Below are positions 30,942 to 32,840 of a stretch of DNA of 32,840 nt, piece by piece. This stretch comes from a virus, in the UHGV virus genome UHGV-0259093; one strand, written 5' to 3'. Position numbers and translations under genes: made by a program. The number at the start of each line of letters is the position of its first letter. The first letter of the stretch is position 1. The notes under the pieces are model-generated. The model was not told the origin of the DNA, ran no database searches, and worked only from the letters and a program-made list of their open reading frames with translations.

Positions 30942-32840
30942 CTAGATCTGGTCTATCCGATAACGCTCTATGAACTCTTTACGTGTTAAACCAGTCGATT
31001 CTAATGCAGTGGCTATATCCTTTGGAACTCGACCATTCAAGGCAATACTATATGTATTGCCTTCATACACAATGTCTACTCGATCATACTTTCCGGTATT
31101 AGGCCAGAATGAAGCCCCACTTATTTCACTATAACCAACCACTTCTAACATCTCATTAGCAGTATTGAACAGATCTAAATAACTTTGTTCAATTTTATCA
31201 AGTTGTTCCACTGCTTTATTAAATAATGGCAGATTGCTAGTGGTAAGAAATCCTTCATCTCTGATACTTACATTATCAACAGAAGAAAATTCAACTTTAA
31301 ACGCCCAATGTGGTTTTCTATCAGTTCCACCAAAAACTAACCATTCATCTTTAAAATGATACTTTATTTTTATCGTTATACACCCATCAGTTTTATCAAC
31401 TATAACACTTTCAATAATAGAACTAATTACTTTCCTTATTTTATTTCTATCCGTATCCTGCATATTTGTAAAAACCGCCCACTGAATAAGAATCATAAAT
31501 TCATTTATATCGACTTCTAGAGATCCTTTACCTTTCAGTGAATATAAGCGTTCTTTTAACTTATCAACTTCCAGAACAGTCTTTTTACGTTCCATATCAA
31601 ACGCATTTAGTTGAACTGCTAACGCACTAACATTAGGAGCAATTGCTATTGCTTGAGCCATGTTTGTTATGCGAGATTCCAGATCAGTTATCAACGTTTC
31701 TTTTCTACTGAGGTCTTCTTCTATCACAGTTGTGTCAATACCATCTTTTAGTCTCTTATTCATGTAACCGATCAGTAGTGAAATGATCGTACAGTGTTCA
31801 ACTAATTGTGCTGATATAGACCAGCCAGAACAGTTTTTTTGTAAGTGAACCCCATTAGTACAAATATAGCGAGCACTGCCATGATTCATGAAAGAATGCA
31901 TAGTTCCTCCACACTTGCTACACCGTAACACCTGCAACCCTGATAACAATTTAATTTCTTCTACTTTGTCTTTCTTAGCCTTGAAGTTGTTTTGCTGCTT
32001 ACGTTCAGCCAAGGTTAAATACTCTGCTTCATCTTTGCATAACCATGGATAGTAGTTATCAAGTTTGTAAGTAGCACCACCAGCATTGATAGTCCTTTCA
32101 CCAATCAACGCCCGATTATCACGCATCTTTTTCAATACCTGATAATCCCATTCTTTACCCTTTAAACCATTAGGATATTTTTTATCGAGATGACGCTTTA
32201 CTGTATAGATGCCATTCCCATCTAAAAACATGTCTATAGCTTCGCGAGCGATACTCCAGTAAACGGGATGTTCTTTTACTGCTTCATATTGCGAACCTGA
32301 ATCATCTATCCAAAATGGATGGCGACCAACTGACTTAATGTTTACTGGCAACCCTGCTTTATGACGTTCGACCAAGGCAACAACATTGCCTATGGTCCTG
32401 TTAGATTTCGTTTCTGATTCTTCATTGCCACGGATAAACATCAGAATAGAAATCATCAGATCAGTAGGGTTTTGTCTGATGGATTCTCTGTTATAGACCT
32501 TCCGATCCATTCCTGTGACAATCGTTAGCCCTAAACCAATCAATTCAAGGAATAAACGAAGTGCTTCATCCACCTGATCGCGTGATAGTCGGTCGAGGTT
32601 TTCACAGTAAAGCCAAGAGTCAGACGGTATAGCATTATTTTTTACGGCGTCTATGAAGTCACCCAACTTACCCGCCCTATTTTTTCCCCTGTAAGCACTC
32701 GTGCCAGGTTCCAAAATTTCAACCATTTCAAGCCCCGCTTCTTCAGCATAGGCTTTCGCTGCCGCTACCTGCCTGTTCTTGGTTGTTCCTTTTTCTTGGC
32801 GATCACTTGACCACCTGATATAGCTATAAAGTTGCGGCAT
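30942..32840 (-). CDS. large serine recombinase (phage integrase type)
   Basis: N-terminal YIRWSSDRQ with catalytic Ser and LDRLSRD typical of the resolvase domain. 632 aa, Cys-rich zinc-ribbon-like segment (CSKCGG...CTNG). ATG is the last three bases of the window. Confidence 0.9.
   Translation of the reverse strand: MPQLYSYIRWSSDRQEKGTTKNRQVAAAKAYAEEAGLEMVEILEPGTSAYRGKNRAGKLGDFIDAVKNNAIPSDSWLYCENLDRLSRDQVDEALRLFLELIGLGLTIVTGMDRKVYNRESIRQNPTDLMISILMFIRGNEESETKSNRTIGNVVALVERHKAGLPVNIKSVGRHPFWIDDSGSQYEAVKEHPVYWSIAREAIDMFLDGNGIYTVKRHLDKKYPNGLKGKEWDYQVLKKMRDNRALIGERTINAGGATYKLDNYYPWLCKDEAEYLTLAERKQQNNFKAKKDKVEEIKLLSGLQVLRCSKCGGTMHSFMNHGSARYICTNGVHLQKNCSGWSISAQLVEHCTIISLLIGYMNKRLKDGIDTTVIEEDLSRKETLITDLESRITNMAQAIAIAPNVSALAVQLNAFDMERKKTVLEVDKLKERLYSLKGKGSLEVDINEFMILIQWAVFTNMQDTDRNKIRKVISSIIESVIVDKTDGCITIKIKYHFKDEWLVFGGTDRKPHWAFKVEFSSVDNVSIRDEGFLTTSNLPLFNKAVEQLDKIEQSYLDLFNTANEMLEVVGYSEISGASFWPNTGKYDRVDIVYEGNTYSIALNGRVPKDIATALESTGLTRKEFIERYRIDQI

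Overview
AT-rich (by eye roughly 35-40% GC, not computed) 32.8-kb window that is almost entirely a tailed-phage genome or prophage segment of siphovirus type with a lambda-like tail tip. Most genes are on the minus strand in late-operon order, reading right to left: large serine recombinase (30942-32840, start codon at the window edge), small regulatory and accessory genes (RHH-like protein, HNH homing endonuclease, a ~400-bp repeat-rich non-coding region), terminase small and large (GpA-family) subunits, portal, prohead protease-scaffold-major capsid fusion, connector proteins, a 1008-aa side tail fiber with C-terminal S74-type chaperone, putative tube protein, G/GT chaperones with a -1 frameshift site, tape measure, M/L/K-like tip proteins, a 1100-aa J-like central fiber and small distal proteins. 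A T4-lysozyme-type endolysin lies on the plus strand at 3014-3466. Between terminase and recombinase is a ~4.3-kb accessory island (23534-27772) that is the best candidate for an undescribed system: a single-HKD phospholipase-D-family nuclease with an acidic partner, an HNH restriction-type endonuclease with a secreted partner, and a two-TM protein plus four-TM protein pair. The two-TM protein has a paralog at the other end of the window (549-1289). The first ~80-120 bp are GC-rich and encode the C-terminal tail of a DDE (rve-type) transposase, so the window appears to start inside an IS element. No rRNA, tRNA or CRISPR array was recognised. Everything is from reading the supplied translations and the sequence; no database search or computation was run, and many start codons are provisional because the ORF track uses GTG starts in places.
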